Origin: an uncultured bacterium
GTDB lineage: Bacteria; Hinthialibacterota; Hinthialibacteria; OLB16
Length of the DNA: 64,000 nucleotides
Reading direction: 5' to 3'
NCBI GenBank assembly: GCA_964422415.1
Contig: CAYRBI010000003.1
Coordinates: forward strand, 10,607-74,606
Shown here in pieces: positions 19,574 through 29,509 of this stretch (the first letter of the stretch is position 1; every line of letters begins with the position of its first letter). The notes under the pieces are model-generated. The model worked only from the letters and a program-made list of their open reading frames with translations, did no database searches and had not been told where the DNA came from. Position numbers and translations under genes: made by a program.

Positions 19574-20758
19574 ATGAAACGACGGCAATTCCTGCTGAAC
19601 TCAGCCGCGGCATCCCTGGCGGCCGCTTCGCTCTCCACCTTGACCAAGGGGAGCCGCCCGGTTCATGCCGTTCCCGGTCCAGCCAAGGATGGCCGGAGGA
19701 TCACATATGCCGGCTGGCAGGCTGGCATCACCTACCAGGTTCCCGATCCCAAGGGTGTCACACGGGACTATCTCATGCGGCTGCTCGATGAGATGGCCAC
19801 CCACCGCATGAACCTGCTCAGCCTGATGATGATCAGTTATGGCATCTTCGATCCCGTCCATGATGGATATTGCTGGCCAGTACGCAACGAAAAGCTCAAG
19901 CATTATGTCGACACACCCGCGCTCAATGCGAATCCCTCCACGGAATATGTCAAGGAGGTGATCAAAGCGGCGGGCGACCGTGGCATCATGGTCAACCTGT
20001 TCATGAATTGCGGCATCTGGAACGCGGAGAAGATCCGCCAAGGCTATCCCGGGGCTCTGCAGCAACAGACACGCAAGGAAGCGGAAGAGAACCTTCCCGG
20101 TAGTTGGGTGCATTGCTTTGATTCCTCCGGCGGCTGGCAGGCGGCGCTGGATGAAGTAACGGATCTGCTGAGTTTTTACGACTCGCCCAATGTGACCAGT
20201 TATGGCCTGGAACGGCTCAGTTATACCAGCCCGGAATCTTGTTACTGCAAGGCGACCCAGGAACGTTTCCTGCGTGAAACCGGCCACCCCCTGCTCGAGG
20301 CCACACCGGATAGTTTCGAAGCCTGGAAGACCGGGAACATCACACGGTATCTGCGCGAGTATACCCAGCGCATCCGGCGGTTGCGTCCGAATCTGGAGGT
20401 CTGGCTGCACACGCAATGCGCACCCGGCTGGGGACATGACCCGAAACAACTCGCGGCGGCAGGCATCTCTGGGCTGTTACCGCATTACATCCAATTCAAG
20501 GAAAGTGAAGCCCAAAACCATCAGCGCTTGCAGCGCCTTGCGCCCAACCCATGTGTTCTCCATTTCTGCTCGCGCGACCAGGCGCCGAAAAACTATCCAA
20601 TCTGGATCAAGACACCCGAAATCATCAAAGAGGCCACCGATTGGGCCCTCCGCTACCCCGGCGATAACCTGAATGGCCTTTTGTTCTTCAACGAAACCGC
20701 CACCTCAGCCACAAACAGAAGGGCGGTCTATGAACAAATCAAACGCTTTTCATGGTAA
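19574..20758 (+). CDS. Tat-signal secreted hypothetical protein
   Basis: The N-terminus MKRRQFLLNSAAASLAAASLS is a twin-arginine-like signal, with GAGG 9 nt upstream of the ATG. The 394 aa show no motif recognised by eye. The antisense 282-aa ORF (19601-20449) is judged a GC-shadow ORF. Confidence 0.6.
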   Translation: MKRRQFLLNSAAASLAAASLSTLTKGSRPVHAVPGPAKDGRRITYAGWQAGITYQVPDPKGVTRDYLMRLLDEMATHRMNLLSLMMISYGIFDPVHDGYCWPVRNEKLKHYVDTPALNANPSTEYVKEVIKAAGDRGIMVNLFMNCGIWNAEKIRQGYPGALQQQTRKEAEENLPGSWVHCFDSSGGWQAALDEVTDLLSFYDSPNVTSYGLERLSYTSPESCYCKATQERFLRETGHPLLEATPDSFEAWKTGNITRYLREYTQRIRRLRPNLEVWLHTQCAPGWGHDPKQLAAAGISGLLPHYIQFKESEAQNHQRLQRLAPNPCVLHFCSRDQAPKNYPIWIKTPEIIKEATDWALRYPGDNLNGLLFFNETATSATNRRAVYEQIKRFSW

Positions 20759-20803
20759 GTGGCCAGACCACCGGAGCACCACCACATAAAACACCATTAA
20801 ATT

Positions 20804-21760
20804 CTATTTTCGAGGCCGTCCATGGGTGGAACCGGTCTTGTGTGCCTTTCCCCGGATTCCTATTCCTGGCTTGGCTGAAGGCGCACTCCTCTCTGGACGT
20901 GCATTCCCCGTTGAACGCACCTTACCCACTGAGCGCGGGGTGGATGGCCTGCGTTTGGGAGGGTGGACTACCGCGGAGTTCACTCTTCCATTCGGATCTT
21001 TTTTCTTGCCTTTGGATCTCATCCGGATCAAGGCTTGGTCTTCCTCAAGGGTGGTCTCCCTCCAGGCTCCCGGTGCCAGAGAACCCAGGACAAAGGGGCC
21101 ATAGGAAATCCGCCGGAGATCCAACACCTCCAATCCCACCGCCGCGCACATCCGGCGCACCTCGCGGTTGCGTCCCTCCTGAAGTGTGATGAGAAAGCGT
21201 GAGATGCCACCCGAGAAACGCAGCATCTCCACACGCGCGGCCCGTCCCATGCCATCCTCCAGTTGCACTCCCTCGAGCAGGGCCTTGGTCCGCGAGGACT
21301 CCAGTTCTCCCTTCGCCTTGACCTGGTAAACACGTTCGATCCCGCCAGAAGGGTGCTCAAACAGACGGTGGAGCAAACCATCATTGGTCAGAATCATGAG
21401 TCCCGAGGAGTCAAAATCGAGCCGCCCAACCGTCTGCAAGGAGGTGTTCGCCACCTTCTTGGGAAGCAGATCGAACAGGGTCTTGCGTCCCTCCGGGTCG
21501 GAGCGCGAGCAGATCACCCCCTTGGGCTTGTGGACAATCAACGTGAGTGCATCCTCAAAGTGGAGTACATGCCCTTTGAGCCGGACGACATCATGGTGGG
21601 GATCGACATGGAGGCTGGGGTGATCCGCAACTTCACCATTGACAGTCACCAGCCGGGCGAGGATGAACTCCTCGGCCTTGCGGCGGCTGGCGGCCCCACA
21701 ACGTGCCAGGAACTGATTGAGGCGGTAGACCACAGGTTTCCTCTCTCTCATGGCCGCCAC
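20804..21760 (-). CDS. rluB: 23S rRNA pseudouridine synthase, RluB/RsuA family
   Basis: An S4 domain (YRLNQFLARCGAASRRKAEEFI) plus the catalytic block GRLDFDSSGLMILTNDG. A basic Lys/Arg-rich C-terminal tail is typical of RluB. Confidence 0.8.
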   Translation of the reverse strand: MAAMRERKPVVYRLNQFLARCGAASRRKAEEFILARLVTVNGEVADHPSLHVDPHHDVVRLKGHVLHFEDALTLIVHKPKGVICSRSDPEGRKTLFDLLPKKVANTSLQTVGRLDFDSSGLMILTNDGLLHRLFEHPSGGIERVYQVKAKGELESSRTKALLEGVQLEDGMGRAARVEMLRFSGGISRFLITLQEGRNREVRRMCAAVGLEVLDLRRISYGPFVLGSLAPGAWRETTLEEDQALIRMRSKGKKKDPNGRVNSAVVHPPKRRPSTPRSVGKVRSTGNARPERSAPSAKPGIGIRGKAHKTGSTHGRPRK

Positions 21761-24192
21761 TCATTCTCCGCCTTTTCGGTATCCAGCATTAAGCGTTCTC
21801 CATTCCATGCCATTTGAATGGCGCCATCGTAGCGGTTTGTCAGAATGGTGGTACCCACATCCTCAAACCGCTGGAGGGTCTCCAGGGCGGGATGTCCGAA
21901 GAGATTGTCTCCACACTGGATCACCGCAATGGCGGGGTGGATCTTCCGGAGAAATCCGGGACCGGAAGAGAAGCGGCTGCCATGATGGGCTACCTTGAGA
22001 ATATCGCAACTTAGGTTGGGGTACTCCTCAATGATCTCCCTCTCCACATCACCACAGATATCGCCGGGTAGGAGGACCTTTAAACCCGCCTGCTCCACCA
22101 AGAGCACCAGAGAGCGTTCGTTATGGGTTCCAAAGGGGTGCTGGATCTGTTCCATGCCTGGATACAGAACAGTCACAGTGGCATCGCTGATCCCTCCAAT
22201 CCGGTCCCCCGCCAACACCCGTCCGGTGGGTAACTGGCAAGACTTGAGACACCGCGCAAGGTCTTGGAAGGAAGGGCTCTCATTCGTATCTCCCGAGGCC
22301 AGAAGTGTTCCGATAGAGAAGGTATTCAAGACCTGCGGCAGTCCCCCGGCATGATCCGCCTCGGGATGGGTGAGCACGACCGCATCGAGATGACGGATAC
22401 CAAGCGAGAGAAGCGAATCTGTTAACGCACCCAGCTGGTTGGGTAAACCTTGTGTGGGAGGCCCAGTATCGACCAACAGTGTCTCGCCGCGTGGGAACTG
22501 GAGCAGGCAAGCATCCCCCTGGCCCACATCGAGAAAGTGGAGGCGGAATTCCTTGGACTCCGGAAGCAATGGCCACCAAGACAAACAGGCCAGCAGAAAG
22601 AGAGCGGTCACCCTCCGGCTGAGAAGCGGTGGATGAAACCATCCGGTGGGAAGAATCAATACGAGTCCCACCGACAATAATAGGGCAATGGTTACAAGAT
22701 CAGGAGACAAGACCACCTCGAAACCGAAGGACCAGGAGGAGACCCATGTCATTACATCCAAAAGAAGGCGTGACAGGAAATCCAGGGGAACACTCAAGAG
22801 TCCACTCAAACCAGGAAGAAAGGCCAACCCAAAGGCCGACAAAACTCCAAGGACTGTAATCACCTCGGCCACTGGAATCGCCACCAGGTTGGCGAAAACC
22901 GCTTTCCAGGCCACGGTATGAAAGAACCAGGCACTGATGGGCGCGACTGCGATCGTGGCCACCAGACTTACCCACAGTCCTTCACCTAACCGGGATACCG
23001 CACTCACCAGGGAATGTACAAACACACCAGGTTTGATCCATCTCTGGAGGAGAAGCTCGATCTGGAAGGAACGCACACAGTCTGGAAAGCCAGCCAGGAT
23101 CAATGCAGCAACAGTCACGAAGGAGAGCAGGAATCCGGGTTGATGTACCTCGGAGGGAAAGACCACCAGAATGATCAAGCCAGCTGCAGCCAGGAAGTTG
23201 AGGACATCGCCTGGACGGTCTAGGAAGAGCGCGAGCATGAACATGACCCCCATGAGAGTAGCGCGCAACACCGAGACCTGCGCCCCCACTAAGGCCAACA
23301 ACAGGAAAGCCAGCGGAATACCCAACAAGGCCCGCCAGCGCCGTGGTACACACAACAGATTCAGGAAAAGCGGGAGGGTGAACAACACAATAGTCACATT
23401 CAATCCGGAAACAGCGGTCAGATGGTAGAGGCCGGACTCCAACAAGTTGCGGCGGACATCTTCATCCAAATATCCCCGTTCTCCAGTGGTCATCGCCAGT
23501 GCAAGTCCGCCTGGTTGGCCGGGAAGCTGAGAGAGCATCCAGTCACGCACCTTGCCACGCCAGTAATCGCGGGCACGGATCAGCCTGGCCAGAAATGGAA
23601 GGCACTCAGGTTCATCCAGGCGGGTAGGGCCGCCCTTTGCCCTGAAAGTCCCCACCATGCCAGAGGACTGCATCCATCCATGGAGCGCACTCTGTCCCGG
23701 TGAGGAAAGTCCCGCGGATCGCCAGCGTCCTGTCACCTCCACCTGCTGCCCGGCTTCGCCAGCGGGTTGGGAGTGCGTAATGGAAACCACCTCGACTGGC
23801 CCAGACAGAGCCCCCCACTTTTTGCCATCCCACAGGCTGGGTTTTGTCACGCGAGCGCTCCAACGTCCCTCATCGGCCCGCTGGAACTGGGAGGCGAGAA
23901 CACCACGGACATAGGCGGGATCAGTGGCAGTCAGAGAAGCGCTTCGGTCCACTCTTCGCTGATAGGCCTGTTCGGCCAGAGTGTTGCGTAGGAACCCCAG
24001 CACAATCATCGACAACGCGAGGAGACGCAGGAGGTCTTGTTTGCCAGAGCACCGGCCTGATAAAACCGCGCCGAAGAGGACTGTTACAGATACCACAGCC
24101 ACGAGAAGAAGGGATTCCGGACCATGCAGCAGGTCAGCCAGGAGAAGACCGGCCACCCAGGCAAGGAACAGAACCAGCAGCGGCCTTCTCAT
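21748..24192 (-). CDS. comEC: DNA internalization-related competence protein ComEC/Rec2 (with C-terminal metallo-beta-lactamase domain)
   Basis: 814 aa comprising an N-terminal DUF4131-like region, a polytopic competence channel domain, and a C-terminal MBL fold (HFLDVGQGDACLLQFPRGETLLVDTG ... VLTHPEADHAGGL). Confidence 0.85.
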   Translation of the reverse strand: MRRPLLVLFLAWVAGLLLADLLHGPESLLLVAVVSVTVLFGAVLSGRCSGKQDLLRLLALSMIVLGFLRNTLAEQAYQRRVDRSASLTATDPAYVRGVLASQFQRADEGRWSARVTKPSLWDGKKWGALSGPVEVVSITHSQPAGEAGQQVEVTGRWRSAGLSSPGQSALHGWMQSSGMVGTFRAKGGPTRLDEPECLPFLARLIRARDYWRGKVRDWMLSQLPGQPGGLALAMTTGERGYLDEDVRRNLLESGLYHLTAVSGLNVTIVLFTLPLFLNLLCVPRRWRALLGIPLAFLLLALVGAQVSVLRATLMGVMFMLALFLDRPGDVLNFLAAAGLIILVVFPSEVHQPGFLLSFVTVAALILAGFPDCVRSFQIELLLQRWIKPGVFVHSLVSAVSRLGEGLWVSLVATIAVAPISAWFFHTVAWKAVFANLVAIPVAEVITVLGVLSAFGLAFLPGLSGLLSVPLDFLSRLLLDVMTWVSSWSFGFEVVLSPDLVTIALLLSVGLVLILPTGWFHPPLLSRRVTALFLLACLSWWPLLPESKEFRLHFLDVGQGDACLLQFPRGETLLVDTGPPTQGLPNQLGALTDSLLSLGIRHLDAVVLTHPEADHAGGLPQVLNTFSIGTLLASGDTNESPSFQDLARCLKSCQLPTGRVLAGDRIGGISDATVTVLYPGMEQIQHPFGTHNERSLVLLVEQAGLKVLLPGDICGDVEREIIEEYPNLSCDILKVAHHGSRFSSGPGFLRKIHPAIAVIQCGDNLFGHPALETLQRFEDVGTTILTNRYDGAIQMAWNGERLMLDTEKAENEWRP

Positions 24193-26213
24193 CCACGTGC
24201 CTGCGTGGCCTGAGCCTTTCTCGCTTCTTCATAACGCGGCTCAAACTGTTCGAGGTACTCGCCCTGTGCCTTGGCGCGCGCCGCCTCGGTGGTCCGTCCC
24301 AGATCATAGAGCAGACGGCTCCGATGGAGGTGGTAGTTGTATTTGACGGGATGCAATGCGATGGCCTGATCGATCTCTTGAAGCGCCTCCTCGCGTCTAT
24401 CCATGCGCGCAAGCACCTCGGCCAGGCTATCATGAAGAAAGCCCGCTGTGGGATTCCAATAGAGCGCGGTGCGCATGCTCCGCTCCGCATCAGGCAAGTT
24501 CCCTATATCCAACAACATCTCACCCAGATAGGAGTGGGCCTCGGCCAGTGGCGGCCAGACCAAAACCGCGCGTTCCAACAAGCGGCCAGTCCGGGGGACA
24601 TCCCGCTGCCTCTCAAAACTATCCGCCGCCTTCTCATAAAGGGCCTGCCCGGCCTCACGAAAAGCACAGGGAATCCCCACTGCTAGAAGGACAATGACGA
24701 CAAGACACGGACGGAGGTGCGAATTGTATGTATCTCCAGGCTGTAATTCTGTTGTTCGCCGGGGGTAAGGTAACGGCAGCTCATCATTCATACAATCTTT
24801 AATGCCGCCACCCCCGGTCCCTGGTGTTGGAGGTTCTTTCTTCATCATCCACCGGGGGCGGTGGCATTGCATCGTAAGCAGACGATTGAAAAACGTTGCC
24901 TTGCCCCCGGCTAACAACAGATTACGGAATGTACCATTGGAACGAGAAAGGATTCTCGTTCCAGCGATGCCGCAGCTGTCCGGCTCCCCCCCCATCCCCG
25001 CGATCACCCCCACAAAACCGGCCAGGTAGAGCATATCCTGATGAAATCCCAGCAATGTTGAAATGAAGAAACAGACCAGAGCGCTGGAGCACCAGACATC
25101 CAAGAGGGTACTCCCACGGAGTGGCAAATTCATTCGCCATACGCGGCGAAAGAACTGAAAAAGCACGATCAACAACAGTACCAATCCCACCGCCCCCATA
25201 TCCGCCATCGTCTCAATCAACAGATTGTGAGCATAGACGGTCTGATGAGTGGTGAGATCACGGAATCTGGGATAATTCGAGCCATACCCTCCGATACCGA
25301 AACCGAGGAGGGGGTTCTCGCGCGCCATACGCAGCCCTGCCTCCCAAAAGACCAGCCGTGCATGAACCGTCTCGGTCCTTGAGAGCATCTCGCGCCCGGT
25401 AGGAGACAGACACAGAACTGTAGCCCCCAGGAAGATGGCGAGGATGACTGCCCAGACCATTCGCATGCCACCTTTCCCCTTCCAAGCCAGCCAGACACAG
25501 ATACCCGCAAACAAGCCCACCAGCGAGGTTCGTGAACGGGTTCCCAATAGGATGTAGACCTGCTCGCACGCCGAAACCAGGCTACCCATGATAAAAACCC
25601 GGGCAGATCGAGAACGCCAGGCCCTCTCCAATAAGACCGGCGTGGCCAACAGGCTCAGACTCAGAAACACCCCCAGGTCGATGGGATTGCCAAAAGGGAA
25701 ATGAAAGCGGTTCTGCGAAGCTGCATGGAGGATGGCTTGCTTGTAGCCCTCATCGTACATCTCCCCCTGAAGGCTTTCCTCCATGACCTCCACCGGGACA
25801 GTCCAGATCGGGTTCACGACCGCGATTGCCGTGGCCAGCCCCCACAGGAGCAAGCAGAAAGCCCAAGGAAAACTGGGCACATGGCGGCACAACTCATGGG
25901 TGATCAGACCGAGTATCAAGGCACATCCCCAGGCCATAAGCAGACCGAAACTCCGGTCCCATTCCGGGGTACGGAGAACCTGAAAAAGAATCCAGGCCCC
26001 GAGCGCCAAGGGTGGCCAGGAGATCCGCCAGTTCACCGCAGCCACCGGGAGCACCCACAATCCCAGTACAAGGGTAGCGGTAAAGAACAGAAACCTTCCC
26101 CAGAAGAACCAGGCTCCCATGATCTCAATGAAGGGGAGGACACAGATAAGGACGAGCAGGAACGAAGCCTGGATCCAACGCTGAAAGGGAGTGCCAAGAG
26201 ATCCGATGGGCAT
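24189..26213 (-). CDS. O-antigen ligase (Wzy_C) family membrane protein fused to C-terminal TPR repeats
   Basis: About 12 TM helices with the Wzy_C block GFGIGGYGSNYPRFRDLTTHQTVYAHNLLIETMADMGAVG. The C-terminal roughly 170 aa are TPR-like. The stop overlaps the comEC start. Confidence 0.75.
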   Translation of the reverse strand: MPIGSLGTPFQRWIQASFLLVLICVLPFIEIMGAWFFWGRFLFFTATLVLGLWVLPVAAVNWRISWPPLALGAWILFQVLRTPEWDRSFGLLMAWGCALILGLITHELCRHVPSFPWAFCLLLWGLATAIAVVNPIWTVPVEVMEESLQGEMYDEGYKQAILHAASQNRFHFPFGNPIDLGVFLSLSLLATPVLLERAWRSRSARVFIMGSLVSACEQVYILLGTRSRTSLVGLFAGICVWLAWKGKGGMRMVWAVILAIFLGATVLCLSPTGREMLSRTETVHARLVFWEAGLRMARENPLLGFGIGGYGSNYPRFRDLTTHQTVYAHNLLIETMADMGAVGLVLLLIVLFQFFRRVWRMNLPLRGSTLLDVWCSSALVCFFISTLLGFHQDMLYLAGFVGVIAGMGGEPDSCGIAGTRILSRSNGTFRNLLLAGGKATFFNRLLTMQCHRPRWMMKKEPPTPGTGGGGIKDCMNDELPLPYPRRTTELQPGDTYNSHLRPCLVVIVLLAVGIPCAFREAGQALYEKAADSFERQRDVPRTGRLLERAVLVWPPLAEAHSYLGEMLLDIGNLPDAERSMRTALYWNPTAGFLHDSLAEVLARMDRREEALQEIDQAIALHPVKYNYHLHRSRLLYDLGRTTEAARAKAQGEYLEQFEPRYEEARKAQATQARG

Positions 26214-26226
26214 GGAGGAGATGGTT

Positions 26227-26961
26227 CTACCAGTCCTCTTTGAGATTTTTGACAGTCACCGCATCGGCGGATTCATAGGGTTCCAACCACTGGCCCGCCA
26301 CTTGATACCAGAGAGCCACCCCGAGAGGTCCCTCGGCGAAGGCCGTGGAGTCTTCATCGGTGATCTGCAGGGGAAAAGTTACGGGCTCTTCATCGACTTG
26401 AGCCCAGATCTTGGCGCGGACCTTGACCGGCGCCTGTCCATAAATCTGGATCCAGACCTTGTTGAACTGGTCCGCTTTCACCGCAACCGGACCACTCTGA
26501 AGGGCCGATGACCGCCAACGGCCCTCGCCGGAATGTTTCTCCAGCCAAGCCTTTCCCCCCTCGATCCGGAGCCGGTATCCCGAGTAGGTTTCCTCACCGG
26601 TACCAGCACGGACCACCACACAGACACCGGTACGGTGCAACGGCCAGCGCAGCATCTCGATCCGGAACTCATAGTCCTCGGACCGGAGCGGACCGGAGGC
26701 GATACCCGCCGAGGCCTCGTAATCAAACGTGTTCTTCCAGGTGACAGTACCGGGATGATTGAAGAGATCAAGTGGGTGCTCACCCGTCCAATGCTTCCAT
26801 TTATCCAGATTTCCACAACAGAAGGCATCATGAAAAAGTAAATCAGGAGAAGGCTTGCCTTTCGCGGGCGCCTCACACACAGCGGGAGAAAGCAGTGACA
26901 GACACAAGAACAGGAACGACAGACAGTGTTTTCTTAGCATAGAAATCCGTTTAAGTGACAC
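26227..26961 (-). CDS. secreted hypothetical protein (jelly-roll/DUF1080-like guess)
   Basis: 244 aa with the signal peptide MLRKHCLSFLFLCLSLLSPAVCEA and a beta-rich sequence. Family assignment is uncertain. Confidence 0.5.
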   Translation of the reverse strand: MSLKRISMLRKHCLSFLFLCLSLLSPAVCEAPAKGKPSPDLLFHDAFCCGNLDKWKHWTGEHPLDLFNHPGTVTWKNTFDYEASAGIASGPLRSEDYEFRIEMLRWPLHRTGVCVVVRAGTGEETYSGYRLRIEGGKAWLEKHSGEGRWRSSALQSGPVAVKADQFNKVWIQIYGQAPVKVRAKIWAQVDEEPVTFPLQITDEDSTAFAEGPLGVALWYQVAGQWLEPYESADAVTVKNLKEDW

Positions 26962-26992
26962 GGATTCATGTTAGGACCAAAGCCAGCACCTG

Positions 26993-29350
26993 TCAGCCAC
27001 AACGCCGTTCGCGCAAGCTCTTATCGAGTGGTTCACGTAGCACCTGACGGATCGCGCCGAGAGAAGCGATAGGCATCAACAGGAAGCCGGGAATGAGGGT
27101 CCGCAGAAAGTCCCCCGGTTCGGCAACCAGAGTCACGGCGAACCAAGCCTCAGAGACCTTACCATTCAAGAAAACCGCCGTTCCATACCCCACCGGAACC
27201 GCCAACAAGACCGCCAAGGCGCCCAAAACCAACACCTCGAGGATGATCGTCAAGGCCACGGTGGTGTCACTGAATCCCAGAATGCGCAACATCACATACT
27301 CACTTTTGCGCTTGAGGACCGTGAAGGAGACGCTACAGAAGATAAACAGGAGCGCGATGAACACGCTGAAGACCGCACCGATACGGATGATGCCGATCTT
27401 CTCGCCGGTGGTCTCCAGGACCTTGGAGACAATCTCGGACTTGAGGGTCACCTGCGCCACATTGCCTTGCGCCAGAAGCGCTTGACGGACCGCCTCATGA
27501 TCTCCCTCCAGCATCAGGAAGAAGGCCATGCACATATCTCCCATGCCGAGGATCTCCTGCGAGAGCGCGAGGGGCATATAAGCCTCGCCCGGTAAAGCGC
27601 CGGAGAGAATCCCGGCCACTACAACCGGAAACTCCTTGCCGAAATAGTTGATTGTGGCCGGATCGCCCACCTGAAGGCCACACTGACGCGCGAGGTTGCG
27701 TTCTAGAATGACAGAGCGGGTATCCCCCTCCTGCAGGGCACGTCCCTCCAGGATCTCGGGATTGCGGATACCTGATCCCGGGGGAACCCCACCGATGGCG
27801 ATGTTGCCCTTCCCTGCTGGCCCCACCAACCGCGCCGAGAACTTGCAGATGGGGACCGCCTTACGGACTCCCTCGATGGCCTCGTACTGAGCGCCATCCA
27901 CCACATCGACCGGTGCGAAGAGCTCCAGAATGGCATCCCAGGGATCGCCCTCGGTCATGCGGACAGCGGTGGTGGCATTGGAGGTAAGGTTGATGAAGAA
28001 GGAGACAGTCACGCCCAGTCCCATACCCACCGCCAGGATAGTCATTGCAGAGAGCGGTTTATTCCGTAACAGGTTCCGCGCGCCATATCGAAGCCAGACC
28101 TTCCCTGGCAGCCATGCCAGAAGCCGTCCGGCAATCCCCAGATGATCCCCGCCGCCGCGTTCGGTATCCCGCACTGCCTCCATGGGAGTGAGTCTGAGAA
28201 GCCATGTCAATGGCCATAGGGCCGCCAACAACAGCACCAAGGCCACTCCCAGCATTCCCCGTAGAATATGGACAACACCGAGCGAAACCTCCGGAACTGG
28301 GAAACCGATGGATCGGGCATAATTGGAGGCGAACAACGTCGCGGCGGTCCAAGCCACCACCAGCCCCACCAGGATGGCCCCCACCAGGATGCACAGAAGG
28401 GGAACCGAGAATGCCAGGCCAATCCGGACCCGGCCATACCCCATCGCCATCAAGGTTCCAATCTCCCGCCGTTCTTGGGCCACCCACTGGAAGATGAGAA
28501 AGAGGGTGACCAGGAAAGCAGTCAGGTCAAACACGATCACCATCGCCGGAAGGCAGACCCGGAATGCCCTCAGACTGAGTTCGAGAAAACGGCTGCCGAA
28601 CTGTTCGGAGGCGGGAATCACCTGGTCCAACAACAACGCCTTCTCCAGCTCAGATTGGATCGCGGTCTGAACATCCTCCTGATTGGCGCCCGGTTGCATC
28701 GTAACCAGGAGGCTATTGGAAAGGGGGAGCCCAACCCGGTCTTGGATCAATTTCGGGATGGCATAAAGAACTCCAAGTGAACCCTTGGAGGGGATGAAGA
28801 TGCGCGGGTTGGCGGGAGCCAGGAGGAACTCGGCGGACATTCCAATTCCAGCGACCTTCAGGTCATAAGTCTCATCGGCCAGGACCAGTTTCAATGGGTC
28901 CCCAGGATGGAGATGGTGAAAGAGAGCTAGGTTGCGGTCGATGACCACCGCTTCGGGGTGAGTGGGAGCGAGACCGTTGCCCTCCAGGATCTTGATCCGG
29001 TTGATGCGCCCGCCTGTCTCCGGATCGGAGGTGACCAGCATGGAGAACAAGGGGGGGCTGGAGGGGAACTGGAGCTGCCCCGGAAAGGCCAGGCGGTTCT
29101 CAGTTTCAGCGATTCCTGTCACCTTTGTGAGATCAGGCATACGCTGAAGGTCCTCGGGCGCGAAACGGAATTCCAGGCCGGCGAGATTCCCCTCGCTGAA
29201 GGCACGATCGCGTTCAGCCAACAGACTGTCGATAGCCGAGTAAACCCCCACATAAACGCCGAAACCCGCTGCCGCCACCAGGCTGAGGGAGAGGAGGCGG
29301 TAGCGCATTCTCCAGGCGCTACGCAGGACTGTTGTTGTCAGAAGACTCAT
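26993..29350 (-). CDS. ABC transporter permease with tandem FtsX-like domains (MacB/LolE/YbbP-type)
   Basis: Two copies of the four-TM FtsX architecture, each preceded by a large periplasmic loop. The start is set to the internal ATG (MSLLTTTVLRSAWRMRYRLL), which has AAGGTGG 10 nt upstream. The first ATG of the tracked ORF (29380) lacks an RBS. Confidence 0.8.
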   Translation of the reverse strand: MSLLTTTVLRSAWRMRYRLLSLSLVAAAGFGVYVGVYSAIDSLLAERDRAFSEGNLAGLEFRFAPEDLQRMPDLTKVTGIAETENRLAFPGQLQFPSSPPLFSMLVTSDPETGGRINRIKILEGNGLAPTHPEAVVIDRNLALFHHLHPGDPLKLVLADETYDLKVAGIGMSAEFLLAPANPRIFIPSKGSLGVLYAIPKLIQDRVGLPLSNSLLVTMQPGANQEDVQTAIQSELEKALLLDQVIPASEQFGSRFLELSLRAFRVCLPAMVIVFDLTAFLVTLFLIFQWVAQERREIGTLMAMGYGRVRIGLAFSVPLLCILVGAILVGLVVAWTAATLFASNYARSIGFPVPEVSLGVVHILRGMLGVALVLLLAALWPLTWLLRLTPMEAVRDTERGGGDHLGIAGRLLAWLPGKVWLRYGARNLLRNKPLSAMTILAVGMGLGVTVSFFINLTSNATTAVRMTEGDPWDAILELFAPVDVVDGAQYEAIEGVRKAVPICKFSARLVGPAGKGNIAIGGVPPGSGIRNPEILEGRALQEGDTRSVILERNLARQCGLQVGDPATINYFGKEFPVVVAGILSGALPGEAYMPLALSQEILGMGDMCMAFFLMLEGDHEAVRQALLAQGNVAQVTLKSEIVSKVLETTGEKIGIIRIGAVFSVFIALLFIFCSVSFTVLKRKSEYVMLRILGFSDTTVALTIILEVLVLGALAVLLAVPVGYGTAVFLNGKVSEAWFAVTLVAEPGDFLRTLIPGFLLMPIASLGAIRQVLREPLDKSLRERRCG

Positions 29351-29397
29351 CCCCGCGGGCCCACCTTCCGCATAGTCCACTGAGCTGGGGGTGCAGT

Positions 29398-29480
29398 AAT
29401 GGATTGCCGCTTTCGCGGGAATGTCGATCCACAGTGGACATCCCTCACACTGTCATTCCCGCGAAGGCGGGAATCCATAT
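29398..29480. mobile_element. MITE-like palindromic element, degenerate copy (family of three copies in this window)
   Basis: aatggattgccgctttcgcgggaatgtcg ... tgtcattcccgcgaaggcgggaatccatatg. The inverted arms match the 86-bp elements at 35778 and 62052. It sits in the 159-bp gap between the ABC ATPase and permease genes. Confidence 0.7.
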
Positions 29481-29509
29481 GAATCCACAGGTTTCTCTTC
29501 ATCATAGGA

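Noticed and set aside
19601-20449. 282-aa antisense ORF overlapping the Tat-secreted protein gene
   Set aside because: Its composition is Arg/Gly/Ala/Pro-rich and typical of GC-rich shadow frames, and it has no RBS. The sense ORF has a Tat signal and an RBS.
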